Shown: piece after piece, positions 1-64,000 of the stretch
How positions within the stretch are numbered: position 1 is the stretch's first letter
How the letters are laid out: every line of letters begins with the position of its first letter
Source: Chrysomallon squamiferum
Lineage: Eukaryota; Animalia; Mollusca
DNA: 64,000 nucleotides
Direction of reading: 5' to 3'
Assembly (NCBI GenBank): GCA_012295275.1
Contig: CM022669.1
Span: 17,980,001 to 18,044,000, forward strand
Made by a program: the position numbers and the translations under genes
The notes under the pieces: generated by a model
Told to the model about the DNA's origin: nothing
What the model saw: only the letters and a program-made list of their open reading frames with translations
Databases searched by the model: none

Positions 1-64000
<64,000 letters not shown>

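Overview
Very AT-rich, microsatellite-laden animal genomic DNA, probably an invertebrate such as a mollusc (inference). The whole window lies inside one giant plus-strand gene, an ADGRV1 (VLGR1/GPR98/USH2C) orthologue. I traced 65 GT-AG exons by hand (about 13.1 kb, about 4,360 aa; both ends lie outside the window). They encode tandem Calx-beta repeats plus a LamG/pentraxin module, a PAN/Apple-like Cys module and EAR/EPTP repeats. The largest intron (20824-30410) holds a complete antisense nested gene with two coding exons. It encodes a 264-aa secreted C-type lectin: signal peptide, small Cys module, RKKR site, coiled coil and an EPN/WHD lectin domain. Splice phases agree at every junction except three: an apparent missing exon between 12408 and 13904, a 1-nt frameshift near 30441, and an ambiguous junction at 31301/32181. 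Several exon boundaries have been duplicated into the flanking introns, and some copies have specifically lost the acceptor AG. Most supplied ORFs are microsatellite artefacts. Exon numbers are local to this window. Comparisons with human ADGRV1 are from memory, not from a search.
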